A stretch of 60,536 nt of DNA, counting the filler, from Sphacelaria rigidula (Eukaryota), in assembly GCA_964200075.2 (NCBI GenBank). It is 7 parts of 7 records of this genome, joined end to end, with 100 filler letters (N's around TTAATTAATTAA, not from the genome) between each part and the next. Parts side by side here need not be neighbours in the genome. Positions count along the whole stretch, not along the records: positions 34,652 to 43,213 come from CAXNAA020010774.1; positions 43,314 to 51,875 come from CAXNAA020010775.1; 5 more parts are not named here. One strand, written 5' to 3'. Position numbers and translations under genes: made by a program. Each line of letters starts with the position of its first letter. The first letter of the stretch is position 1. The notes beneath the pieces are model-generated. The model was given only the letters and a program-made list of their open reading frames with translations, did not search any database and was not told where the DNA came from. Positions 37,539-50,243 of this stretch are shown piece after piece.

Positions 37539-39866
37539 CTGTAAAGCAGTTCGATCGCATATTTGACAGGGACAGTTACACGAACACCGTCCTTTTGAGA
37601 GCAGGAACCATTTGATGTGGTGCACCTACAGGGATATGTAACTTTCATGGTGGTCGAGACAAAGGGTAGTGTGGGGTTTGTGTAAAGATGCGAATAGTAC
37701 CACAGCAAGGTGACGCATGTATCGCCAACGTACCCCCCGTAGACCATCGCGATAGCACCGATGGGCTTCAAAACCTGACCGTCGCTGCCCCTTTCTGTTC
37801 CTTCGAACGGGGCACTCAGTAGGGTCCACGGTGCTGGATCCATGATGTAGTAATGACGCATTTGTGCCATGTGTCGTGACTGTCACACGCGGCTTTGCTT
37901 TAGTATTTGCCTTGTCGGAGACATACGTGAGTATGAGACTACGTGCCTGGACATGCGGTCATCCCTACACGTTCACTTTTTCTCTTTCCTACTTTCAAAA
38001 AGTACTACCGTTCTGCTCAGGCCTGATCAGCTGCCGGCCGTGTCCTTCGATCGACTTTCGTAGTCATGTTCCATCGCATTGACCCACTGGACTACAGATA
38101 CGAAACACTGTTTCTCCTCTCGTCAACAATCTAGAGACCACACCGCTCTCAAAATGCTACCAAGGGAATGTATTTTGACAACCGCCGAAACTTCACATGT
38201 TGGGGCTATTTTATTTGCCCTTTCAAGGGGTTACGCCGCCTACCACGAGAAGAGCAGTATTACTCATCACATGGTAGTGGGGACACCGAAATATCTACTC
38301 CATCGTTCAGAGCTCTGGTTTCGAAGGATCCAGGCTATCGACAGAAGCGTATACGGACTGTATAAAGCACAAATAAATCCCCACAATGACGCTGCTGCGA
38401 GCGTCGCTCGCTTTTGAGAAGGGGACAGCACCGACCCACTCTCCTCCAATCGCCATATTCGGCTTGTGTAGAATCACGCCATGTATCGACCTTGCACTCA
38501 TTACCCGTCCCCTATTGGCCTTATACCCATGAGTCATTGCTTAGGCCATTGTTGTTTGTACGCGCCAATATCTTATTCTACTGCAACGTACTGAAACGTT
38601 CTCAAAACGAAGATTTCACAAGGGAACGAGGCCCTGGACTGTGTTTTTTGCAGCACCGATGCAAGTTATACAGCATAGACCCTTTCTCGTCCCAGCGCTG
38701 GCCAGTCCTCACCACAGTGCTTCCCGTGACCATGTAGAACGCGTTAGCCGCTTTAAACGCGCTAGTTTCCATTCCCAGCAATATCGTGTTGGTTCGTGGT
38801 CGGCTGATGAAGAGAGAATCGGGGGGGGGGGGGGGGGGGGGGGGTGGGGGGGGGCTAAAAGTTTGAGAAAAAATTCTTGGTTGGTTGCTGGATTTATTAG
38901 ATGCTTGTTGTGTGGGGGGCGAGGTTGTTGNNNNNNNNNNTTTTCTTTTTTTTGTGTTTTTTTTGTGTGGTTTGTTGGTGGGTGGGGGGGGGGGGGGGGG
39001 GGGGGGGGGGGCGTTGTGTGGGGCAAGTACTAGTATGAAATTACTTGATCGGTTGATTGCTCGATTGATAGGCTGATTGGCTGATGGGCCGATCGATTGT
39101 CCAATATCCAGAAACCCGCAACAAATTCCGCCTTGGTCACAGAATAGATGTAATTAAGGAAGAGCACATAATTTCGTTGAAGGGAAGGCGCTGAACGACC
39201 AGGGGGAAAGAAAAACACCAGAGCTGACATGTAAACCAGACTCAGAGCAATTGACCGTCCCGAGAGAGCCCCCGACATCCCCCAGGACATGTATACACGA
39301 TATCGTCACCGTACTTGCGCAACTGCAGACCGTTACACCCTCGAGTCGCATTCCCTCCCTATGTGCGTTGCTCCGGCCTTTTGCCAAATGAAAAGATCGA
39401 AGGGTGAAGCGGCACATCTCACTGGGAATGCCACGCGGGGAGAAGTGTACCCTGATCTTCACCGTCGACGTCATGCGGACAAGGCACACTGAAGCGACGG
39501 TTGCCGCTCGAGAGCGGAAAGGGGCGACAAATCCCGAACAGACTCCAGCTTTTTGTCTACAACCCCATGAGCCATGCATTATCTCAAAGTTCAACGTGTA
39601 AATCGGGTCGGCACCTTTTTGAGGGACCGGACGATGCTCGAGGGAGGGAGGGGGGAAGGGGGGGTACATTATTCACGACGGAGGGAGAAATGAGGACACG
39701 TCGCAAAAAAAAAGATGTCGCATTCGCACTTTCCGTCAGCGAAACAGCGGTATCGAAATATAGGTACTGCATAGAGCGAGATGTTCAAACGCGTTTAGGT
39801 ACGCTGACTCCAAGCTGACGAACAAGTGCTCGTTTACGGTACCCTACCAAATGGGCAGTGTCTCAC

Positions 39867-39958
39867 CTGATCCCCATTATCGCCATGTAAGGTCCCAAAA
39901 CGCAGGCGGCAAGACCGAGAACGCACCCGACAGTGTGGACAACCTCGGACCAACGGCC
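39867..39958 (-). CDS. Candidate internal exon (transmembrane segment)
   Basis: Long polypyrimidine tract with CAG, CAG|GTGAGA donor; GRWSEVVHTVGCVLGLAACVLGPYMAIMGI. Confidence 0.55.
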
Positions 39959-40167
39959 CTGCGAGAGAAACATTCCGAAGCGGGAAGGAAAGAGGGCGAA
40001 GAAGGGGACGCGTTGGTTCGTGCCCATGTTTAATTTTGTAAAAGATACCGATCAGCACAATACGAAGACTCGAAGATGGTATCAGGCGGCCACTTCATCT
40101 GCGAGGTTCTTCTGCAGGTGTATACGTTGTAGAGAATTCTACACTCGGTAGTTCAGCCCCAAGTAAC

Positions 40168-40320
40168 CTTCGTGTCGCGTGTTCGTCTCTGGTTGCTATT
40201 GCATGTTGCGCTGCCGTTCCGGAGTTTGGCGAGCCAAGCGCGGTTTATTGCCGTCCTAGAGACGGCACGGGGGGTGAGAATCTCTGCGAGCTGCTCGTAA
40301 AATACGGTTGCACCTCGCAA
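40168..40320 (-). CDS. Possible exon upstream of the TM exon
   Basis: CTCTGCAG| acceptor, weak AAG|GTTACT donor, 51 open codons in a phase compatible with 39958. Confidence 0.3.
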
Positions 40321-40426
40321 CTGCAGAGAACGCCGAAATGATCGTATTCCACCGACGTGTGCTCTGATACGGCGAGAATGTGTTTAGTTGGCCTTCAGAC
40401 GACGTCGAGAAAGAGAGAGCGATAGA

Positions 40427-40472
40427 GACAGGCAAAGACAGGCAAAGACAGGCAAATACAGGCAAACACAGG
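40427..40472. repeat. 10-bp minisatellite (GACAGGCAAA)~4
   Basis: Direct read. Confidence 0.8.
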
Positions 40473-41276
40473 TAGAGACTCCGTGGATACTTCATTGGGA
40501 AGACACACCACTGTCAAGTGTTTCACGCGCGGATAGAAAAATCGCTACGCCCAGGCGACATCAGAGAACCCGTCGCTTCAACTGGACTCCCCGTATCCCG
40601 TCATAACACATGGCGTACTCGGTAGGACGTACCAGGGGGGTGGTCGGACGGACAGAGCTCTGGCTGGTAGAAAGCCACCTCCCCGATGGACCCTGCTTCT
40701 CCCAGCCACCGGCACAAACGGAAAAATCAGCAGACGAATGGGTACAGTGCTCACGTAGGCGATGTCTTGCCGAGCGGGTAGCACGCTTGCCTAGGGTACC
40801 AACACAGCACCCTTATACATACGTCGTCATCCATCATGATGAACTGAATCATGGGCTATTGCCAAGAAATACCCCCGGAAGGTGGACGTTCTTGCTCTGC
40901 CAATTGTCGGGGCAATGTAGGAGCACGGATACTTTCGCGCGTACGGTTTTCGGCATCGATCGTTCGTCACGCGCACGGGTGAGTCGGCGGGAACCCCAAC
41001 TCAGTAGGCGGGATCGGCGGAAGCGTATTTTTCGCTATTGTTGTTACGACTACTGATATAATCTCCGGAGCGACAAGAAGATCTCCACCCGGCAGCACCC
41101 GACGACAATATTGGTTGTGGCAGAAAAATTGTGCACGTTCTAATCCTTCATGATGGATTTTGTATACTTGGGATTCATTTCCAGAGCGATCGACACGACG
41201 GCCGCCCGAAAAAAAGTTTTTGGAACGCTTTCAGACCGATCCTGGGCTTGCCCAAGGAATTCTGAAACAGCTTCAG

Positions 41277-41408
41277 TTACTTCGGTCGAGGCTGTGAAGT
41301 TCTCTCGAGGGGATTTGCGGAAGACGTGCACATTTCGCAAACGCGACTGGCGGACGCCAAGGTATCGCCTGAGGCTGAGCGGTACTCCAAGTCCCTCGGT
41401 GGCAAACC
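41277..41408 (-). CDS. Possible next (or terminal) exon of the GH16 gene
   Basis: CAACAG| acceptor in frame with the previous exon; GLPPRDLEYR...PRPK*. An AA|GTAACT donor overlapping the stop is also possible. Confidence 0.35.
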   Translation of the reverse strand, partial: GLPPRDLEYRSASGDTLASASRVCEMCTSSANPLERTSQPRPK

Positions 41409-41597
41409 CTGTTGACGTGAGGAAGGACTTCTACGCACACGTATAGACCACACACACACACACACACACACACACTTCGCCCCCCTAAACAAGACGTGGG
41501 CGCGCGCAAGATCGATACCACTCCAACGTAGCTGACATACGCCCGGTAGGCGCAGGCAGCACCGTACTTCTGATGCTTGTTGGAGTATTGCTCCCAC

Positions 41598-41805
41598 CTG
41601 AGTGATCCGCACGTAGTCGACTATCATCTCCTGCGGCAAGGTATTCCTGCGTCCGCGGTCGATCGGGAGTGATTCTTCCTGATTAACTACCCCTAATCCA
41701 ATTTCAACGTGGAAAGCCTTATTAAAGGGCGACGGATACTCTTGGGCTGATGACGCTGCAGGATGCCATGAGGTCTTGGTACAATAGTGCAATCCGTCCA
41801 AATAC
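41598..41805 (-). CDS. GH16 beta-1,3-glucanase/laminarinase-like, C-terminal domain exon
   Basis: (W)YLDGLHY...SPFNKAFHVEIGLGV...LPQEMIVDYVRITQ; TAG| acceptor, CAG|GTGGGA donor; phase matches exon 43001-43191. Confidence 0.85.
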
Positions 41806-42112
41806 CTATGCGGTCAGAAGAATGTAAGGTGAGTAGGTTCGTTTTGTTACCGTTTTCGTCTCTTCTTACCGGTGTAGGCGCAGCCAAATTTGAAGTGATC
41901 CGATTTGATTTCCAACGTACGATGTTTCTGCGGGACTGTTCCGGAGGAGTAACCACTGTCTCCTTTCAGAAGTAGGCCACCTTCGACTGTCGATATTCAC
42001 TCGCGAATTGCCTGATCGTCGAGGGGTGCATGATGCGATCCCATCGGGAAAGGTGTTTCGCTTCACTAAAAAGCCTCCAGCAGCGCGTGCTACGATTCCA
42101 TCATGCCCCCCG

Positions 42113-42367
42113 GAGTGATGCTACGGTAGAGGTGTACAAACATTTTCTGCAATTAGCGTTGTTAGGAGTTTTTTTATCTCATCCAAAACACGACTTATGA
42201 AATACTCGAGACTACGCCAGGATTACTATTTAAATGTACGGTGGATATCCCGAATGAATTTGCCAACGGGGATGCCCTGACCCATTCTTGTGCATCTAGG
42301 ATTGTTGGAAGCCCCTGAACCAGGGAAGATTTTACGCAAAAAGTGCACCCCTACCGTAGCATTGCTC
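42113..42367. mobile_element. MITE family B in the GH16 intron
   Basis: GAG...CTC termini, TSD CCCG/CCCG. Confidence 0.8.
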
Positions 42368-43000
42368 CCCGATCCCCGTACTGATCAGGCATACTGCACT
42401 CCGGTAGAAAATGACGAAAGTAAATAGAACGAGTGCGGCTCCAGCCCGAACGAATAAGAACTTTTCTCAGAGAATTTCGAATTTCGGGACATGAAAGACG
42501 TTTGTGGGTCCATAACCGGCTTTTTTGCGGCCACATGTTCCAGTCCCTGTGCATCACCTGGCACGAGACTGTCCCACATTTCCCCATTGCAACACTCTTG
42601 ACCTTCGTGAATTGCCACTTGACAAACAGTTAACTGGAAACGGAGAAAAACATGATATTGTAAATACTGCAAGGGCAACTCGCAGCTTGCAAAAAGTTAT
42701 GAGCTTCGCGTGGAAGACGGGTGGGCTAGACGCGTTAGTAAAACAAAATGAGGTATAGTGATCGCGACGTCGAAGCGTCGTGTTTCGGAACTGAAACTGC
42801 CGTCTCAACACTCAAACACCCAGAGAATAAACATCGATTATCGCTGGAAGCGATCTGGACAGCTGGAGGACTAATGAAGTGACCAACGGGTAGGATAAAT
42901 CAAGAAAGCGAAAAACAAATGCCGGCATTTGCCTCGCAACAGCTCCGGAAAATTATGTTTCACCGTCCGAATCGCGTCACGTGGTATTACGGTATCGCAC

Positions 43001-43191
43001 CATCGGAACCGATCGTCTTCCCATTCCACGGAGTAAACGTGGAAGGCATCACCCAGGGCTGTGTCCAAAGCTGGCGGAGAAACAAGGCAGCCTCCACCCT
43101 CAACAGGCCAAGTTGTGGAGCTGTGGCATCCTGAGTCGAAGCTGCCGAAATGCAACTCGGCGGCAACACTACTCATTTTCGCATCTCGTAC
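43001..43191 (-). CDS. GH16 glucanase exon
   Basis: VRDAKMSSVAAELHFG...DAFHVYSVEWEDDRFRW (GH16 FHxYxxEW motif); CAG| acceptor, TG|GTGCGA donor. Catalytic exon lies off-contig. Confidence 0.85.
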
Positions 43192-43213
43192 CTGCGTCCA
43201 GGGGGAAATGGGG

Positions 43214-43313
43214 NNNNNNNNNNNNNNNNNNNNNNNNNNNNNNNNNNNNNNNNNNNNTTAATTAATTAANNNNNNNNNNNNNNNNNNNNNNNNNNNNNNN
43301 NNNNNNNNNNNNN
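43214..43313. other. Artificial contig linker
   Basis: N44-TTAATTAATTAA-N44. Confidence 0.98.
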
Positions 43314-43787
43314 CGACGATCTGACTCGAAATTTCGAGCAACAAATGGCCCAAAATACCCCCCCGCGCGCTATCGTAGGATTACTCCTCGGCTAGTTGTT
43401 CTCGCGCCTTATCTTGACGGGGAAAACAAAACATAAGTTTTCTTTTCGTTTACTCCCGTTCTAGGAGAACTGAGATCGCGTACTTGTCCAGGAAAACAAA
43501 TGGAGGAACGGTGAGCTCCGAAGCGGCGGCAACATTCATGCGGGGGCCGTCACATGGAAAAGGCCCTATCCAAGTATGGTTCTTGCATTGGTGTTGGCAT
43601 TCCCAGAAACCAAGGAGGGCGGATCGAGGGGGTAAGCCACCGGGCGCCGTTTCCCGGGCAAAAGGTGTCAGCCCATTCATGCGCAAACCGGACGTTTTTG
43701 TTCGATGTCAGCCCACTCGTGCCAAAACCCGAAGTCTCGGTTTCACCCCACTCATGCTCAAACCTGGAATCTTGGAAGCGTACGCGA

Positions 43788-44900
43788 ATGATTTCCGCCG
43801 CTAGGTAGCTAATTATGACTATTTATACTTGATCAGCCAGCAGCGGGTTTGTGCGAGACGGTCGTGTGGCGATTGGGGGCGTTCCTCATGGCACGTTGAT
43901 CTTAAACGGAGCCATCGTGCATCGACCCAAATCCAGAGGTGAGGTGGACAATCGCGCGGTATAGCGGATCAGAACATCTACAAGTTTGTCGATGACCGCT
44001 ACAGTACAACCGGCACCGTCGAGATTGAGGACGATGTGACAGGTGTGGTGGAACGTCATTCTTTAGTCGCAAAAACCTTGCTCGCCGCTGAGGCTATACA
44101 ATCCAACAATATTCGAGAGATGTCGGTTTCCGCGTCGTTATCCAACGCGGTCACAACCAACGTATCAGCTGAAACTGGTCCATGACAATCAGCGTTTTGC
44201 TCGACCTCAGTTGGGGAAGTGGTACTGGTGCGGGGACATATATCATAAGTGGACGTGGAAGCGGAGCCGAAGCATACCTCAACAACTGGTTGGGTACTAA
44301 ATCAATGCGGAGACGTCCGAAAAATTGCTGGCGTCCGTCTTTCACAAATTCATCTTCCTGTCCGGACGTGTGTGTCGGAAACGCAACCGGCTTCTTTCTA
44401 CTCAAGAAAACCTGGAATGCCGTGGCATTGTGTGGAACAATCAAAGCCGAAACAGAAGGTCGTGCCATGGGGTGCGCGTATCGTTGAAGAACTGAACACT
44501 CAATCGCACAGCCCGGGTGGTACTCAAGAGTAGAACCTGCCCGGAGCCATCGAAGGTGCGTGGGGGGGAAAGGGGACAGACAGTTGTCATCGGCCGCGCC
44601 GGTGCGGAGCATGTCCTGCCAGCAACAACTGACGGTGGGAAAAGTTTGAGGGAAGCCCGGGTGCGGTAATACCAGTGCCGCAAGTTGATGGCTTGCACAA
44701 GATCCACGTTCAAGTAGGTTTTCAGTCCAACTCTAGTTGTAAAAGACGCATCGTCTAAGGTGACAACGCCACGAGTAAGATCCGGGCCAATTCGGCAACG
44801 AACTGACAGGTGTTCGCTGTACCTCTTGAACGAAGTACTGAAATATACTCTGGGATGGTCTTGTGGGGCCTTGGGGTGTGGGCACTGGTCTTGGGTGTTC
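43788..44900 (-). mobile_element. Decayed Ty3/gypsy pol remnant
   Basis: Minus strand ~43935-43790 reads DLGRCTMAPFKINVP*GTPPIATRPSRTNPLLADQV*IVIISYLAAEII (pre-RT motif with stops). Upstream extent is approximate. Confidence 0.65.
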
Positions 44901-45490
44901 TCCAATGATGGGGTGTCAGGGCTCCGTATCTCGTAAACCCCTGTGGGGGTTGCGACTATTAGTCGTGACCGTCGTGGTAGGGGTGGGGTCGGCTGTTATG
45001 TCGGCATGGGGGGGCATGCACTGCCGGCTTGGTAGTGGATGTCGCAAGTGCGGCGTCGGCAGAAATTTCAGCCCTGCACGGCAATGCGTCTATTGAATCA
45101 TCTACAGTAGTGAACATGGAGGTCGACGGTTTTTCGTCGTCGGACGTGGTTTCGGTGGCTGCACCAGCGGAACTCCGTCATCACATCAACACATGTAGTG
45201 GAAATAGACATGGTCTCCACGAATTTATCGGGAGACACGTTGTCGGGGGCCAACTTGGAACTACAGGGGACGAATCGTCTGTTACCCGCGTGAGCCTGTC
45301 ATGGTGTGGGGTCGCCAGTGGCGGACCCGCACGTGAACGCGACAACGAACCGACAGTAGGTAGGGTGGATTTGTGGCTCAACACGTTCCGCCTCGACCTC
45401 TTTGTTGGTATTGGCTTAGGGGGCAACGGGGGTGGTGGAGGACGGTAGCGGCACATCCTATACCTGAGGCGTACCGTCATGATGTGTCGC

Positions 45491-48400
45491 TGTTGGGAAG
45501 TTCTCGCGGGAGTATGTTGGTTGGCTCAGTTGCCCGTGAAGAGCTGTTGAGATAGTCTATTAAAGCAGGTCAGCCAGTCTGACTGCGGTGGTGGAATGAA
45601 GTGAGTAATGCGCGAGCCACACACCTCATGTCCCCAAGACAAGACTTCACGTACGTAACGGAACGCCTAAATGCGGTGTAACACCCTACACGTGTACCCA
45701 ATCAGATCACCACCCGTCACGTCAGTCACTACATCGTAGATCCTTATCTTACCTCTCTAAAGATACTCAATTATTCCAACACCCCCCCTAATCTGTAATC
45801 TTTGAACTCAATATATCATGATCGAATAAATCATCGAATAATTTTTGACGATGCAAAAAGAGATCTTTTCCTCCTCTTACTCATACGTATAAACTCGGAA
45901 CAATCAAAGGCAAAAAAAATCAGTCGCATACTCCTACTCAACACACAATCTCGACCCAGTTGGGGAGATAAGCACCTGCACACATACCATCTCAACCCAA
46001 CCTAGCCCGGCTGGGGAGATAAAAACACACAGCTCGACCATTCTGAAGGCACGTACCGAGACGACCCTCGAGGCATCAGAGGTGAGCGTCCGCTGATACA
46101 AAACCAAGCGAAAGAATCAGGAGAAGAGGTCCGCCCCTGCTCCCGATCCAAAAACAATCGTGAAACATCCTGCACTCTCATAGTCACTCCCAAGGTTCAA
46201 TCTCTCATCCAAGAACAAAAATGTAATGCTATTTCCACGTACAGATAGACCATCGAACGTCAGACGGCAGCGGAAAACTTGGAACAGAACAAAAATGTTC
46301 AGTTTTACTGCACCCCGTATCATGTCACACCGTTTACTATATCGACATCAGAATCCTACTGTACTGTAACCGATGTCCGATTCCCCCCTGCCATGCATAC
46401 TTCACCACAGCCAACACCGCTGCTGTCTACGCAATCAACACCGCTACTGTCTACACAGTGAACCCCCCCCCCTATTCGTTTCTCAAAACAAGGAAAGGGC
46501 ATAATAGCATAGCGTAACATTCCGCTCGCTCTCAAATCTTCAGTCCACCCCCCTTTCCTCCGGTGACCGGCTGAGCATTACCGCTCGATGCCTTCGAACG
46601 CATATTCAATGCACGTCAACTTCCCCGCCACCCCCCTCCCTTTCCCTGCTTGCATCACGCCTTGCCTCCAAAGCACGGGAAAGCGTTCCTGCATTCACGA
46701 GCGAAATTCCCCTCGTTCAGTATGCTCCACTGAAGAGAATATCGTCGCAGCCGGGGGTAGTGCATGATCTTCGGTCACCGTTCGCCCCAAAACCACTGCC
46801 GCCTCGGGCATGTCCCATTTCCGTCGACAGCACCTGAGTCGGTCAGGCAGTTTGGGGTTTGATGCCTCACTCGGAAGTGTAGGCTCGAAAGGGGCATGAG
46901 GAGGGACCAGGAAAATTGTGTTTGTCAGTCTCAATTTTACGTCTCTTCATATTCCATTCTACCGACAACACATCTCTCGTCATCCGTTTTCCACCTTTGT
47001 ATCTTAACCCAGTCACTATTTCCTTCCATCGAAACAAGCGACTCCTTGAATTAATATTTCCTCGTACTGTACTTAAGGCAATTTACCGGCTGTTACTCAA
47101 CTCCATGATTGAAGGGTAGCGCATTTCGTTTAATTTCTCCATCTTGGGTGCACTCCTTCAGCAATTTTCCGGAATCATGTACTGTTCTCATCTTTCGCAG
47201 CGCTTACACACCATGGTATTTCAGGCTCTCCCACGCTACGGCCCTTCATCATGTTCACGTTGCTGACCCAATATTATTTTCGCTTCAGCGGTCTACCAAA
47301 TTTCATCTTGTCCTTCAGTTTACGTTCGTTACTACAACAGTCAATCGAAAAGAATCAATCACCGTACCCCTGTGCGTTCGTTTTCAGCAGTCATAACTTC
47401 AAATCACCGGCGTTGTGATAATTTTTCAGTCACCGTTCACTGATCACCGTACTCTCTTGGCGTTTCGTTCCTACAGTTAATCAACTACAGTCAGCCGAAC
47501 CAATTTTGTCACGCTACAACAATCCACAACTCGACTGCTTGCACATTTGTTCAGAATAAAATCTGTGTTCCAGCACTCTCGATCTTCCCTCAGTCACAGT
47601 CCAACCAAGGTACTCTACCGGTGTTCTCACCGAACAAAATAATGTTACTATACTCCCTCGGCAGTTTTTCCGGCCACCACTTGACATCATGATCGAAATT
47701 TATCGCATATCGTTTTTCACTGTTTATGATGCAACCTTCTGCAGTCATTTTTGGAATCATTCCTGTGCTCATGTTTTTCGCTGCAAAGCCTTCGTTGTGA
47801 TCGGCCTACCTACGCTGTAACAGTCTCCGTATCTACGTTGCTGACCCATGTTTTCACTACAGTAGTCTGTGGATTTCATCTTTGCCAGTCACTCTCGCGC
47901 TACTACAGTCAATCAAATATTTCAATTTTCTGTGTCTCCTTGCGATTATCTTTCAACAGAGGTTTCCGTTTTCCGTATACCTGTGAAACACTTCAATCAA
48001 CGTTAAATGATCGTTTTACTCTCGCGTGCCTCAGTCAAACAACTTTAGTGGATTCCAACACACTTTTGCGCGTCTAACTCACAGTCTATAATTTTTCGAC
48101 TGCAACGTGCATACATACATGCAAGCAATCAACACTCTGATGCGTTCAATCGTCCACAGTATTCCTTGGCTCAGGCATAGGATAATGGTTTGAGATATTT
48201 TATTGAAGAGCACCCAAGTTCTACTGTAACTCGGGAGAGTGCTGATGAGATGGATGTAGAAGATATGAAGAGTGGGCCAGGAGGCGAGTTGCCCGGCTGC
48301 CCTCATCTGTACTGTACCACATTTGACACACTTGACTGTCGGTACTCGTACGTCACCCCGATCCCCAGTTCTACGGAGATCCAGCGTTACTAGGTATCTG

Positions 48401-50112
48401 AATCACTCGAACACACAGTCAATATCACTCCACTATTTCACATCTCACAGCGTGGACGAAACATAAACAATTGATAGGTCTCTCGGAAGATTCCTTTTTA
48501 CCGAGAGAGAAAACTTCGCGCAGCAAATAGCATCTCATGGGTCAGTTTACTAATCCCTTCTCCAAGAAAACTCCGTCCGGCCGGGAGAGAACAGCATTTC
48601 ACAGGTCAGGGTATCTCGCCTCTTCTCCTGGAACATTTCACGTCCAGCTGAGAGAGAAACCTCCATAGTGCATACCACGTACTTCCTCCGGTTATGTCAG
48701 TCCCTTCTGTTCAGATTACTGCAGACAAGACCTCCTTTACTGCCGAGTCTTCATTGCGACAGCCTACTCTCTACTGTGCAAAGCCTAACTACTACGACAG
48801 TCAACTTTTGCTAGCATCCCTCTACAGTCTCTTGCTGATCAACCATCAAGAAGTACATCATCTTAGGAAGCCTTCCTGTCTGTTCTGCAATACACTGGTG
48901 AACGGTGATTTTATCCAGCTTCCCAACTTCCCATATGCTTGCCGCGGCCCCCAAGTTTCCGCCCTATGTATGTTACCCAAAACAGGCTCGAAGACACTCC
49001 GCCTTGTAATCCGACACCATCAACACCGAAAACATATCCACCCCTAAAGGAAGACTCACGTTGGGGGGCCCTGCCCCCTGATGTCCCCTTGACATCCCCT
49101 GAGCTCGAACCATGTGGGCCTCGACTGCCTCCCCCATGGCCACGAAGGTCAGCTGCCTGCAGCCCCCTCGTGTGTTGCGGTTGACTCGTTGCTGCGGTCC
49201 TCACCCCTCCTGGGCCGCTGCTTACGATGACGTCTCCGCTCCTGACGCCCCCGGCTTCACCCGCCCCGTTGCTTCTGACCTGCATGATGTCCAACCGCTG
49301 TGTCATCTTCTCCAGCAGACGATCGAACGTCACTATCGTGTGTTCGTAGGATGGCCTGCGGTGTCCAGTAAGATACACCCAAGTCAGGGTAAGGTACAAC
49401 AGTCTAGTGATATACTTGTTTGAGTTCCGGGTACTATGGAGGATGACTTCATATTGTGATGTTAGTGACTGTACATACGTGAGTGGTGCTTGTCACATCC
49501 TGAGACTTCGGTGCCTACTGGGGTTACTCCCCTTCCTTCCCTCTTCATCAACAAAGCTTTATATCCATTTCTACCTCATCTTGATCGGCGGTCAGCCGTG
49601 TCCATTGATCGACTATCGCAGTCGTGTCCATTGATCGACTATCTGAGTCGAGTCTGTACCCCATCCTCTCACGGGATCACGAAGCTACAAATATCGTGCT
49701 CTCCACTTGAGCAATGCGACCTACGGTTATAGAGGACTCCGTTCCTCTCTCCAAACCGTAGTCAGAAGAATGCTGTTGTTGGGCGTCCCCACGTGTAGCC
49801 ATGTCTTCGTGCGTTGAGCCGTACCGGTAGGGATACTAGTATGTTGGTTGGTTCGGTTACCCGTGAAGAGTTGTAGAGATAGTTTATTAAAGCAGGTCAG
49901 CCAGTCTGATTACGGTGGCGGAGTGAAGTGAGGTGATGTGCAAGCCACACACCTCATGCCCCCAAGTCAAGGCTTCAAGTATGTACCAACATGCCCAACA
50001 TGCGGTGTAACACCCTACACGTGTACCGAATCAGATCACAACACGTCAAGTCAGTCACTACATCGTAAATCCTTCTCGTAGACATCCCCAAAGATACACA
50101 ATTACTCCAACA
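45491..50112 (-). mobile_element. Degenerate LTR retroelement (LTR-like direct repeats ~45491-45781 and ~49774-50112)
   Basis: ~270-bp diverged direct repeats both ending TCCAACA. A C7 tract right after the left copy is a polypurine tract on the minus strand. The interior lacks intact ORFs. Confidence 0.7.
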
Positions 50113-50243
50113 GTTCATGAGAGATCAAACACTCGTAGGGACCTCTTTGACATGCGGAGTGAAGAAAGATACCTATGGTGGTGACCTAACTGTTGCTAGC
50201 GTGGCGCATGGGCAATCTGCAGCACACATACGGTGGTCGCGTG

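Noticed and set aside
43450-43787. Segment resembling a common brown-algal high-copy repeat
   Set aside because: Only one copy in the window and no diagnostic ends; cannot be classified from this sequence.
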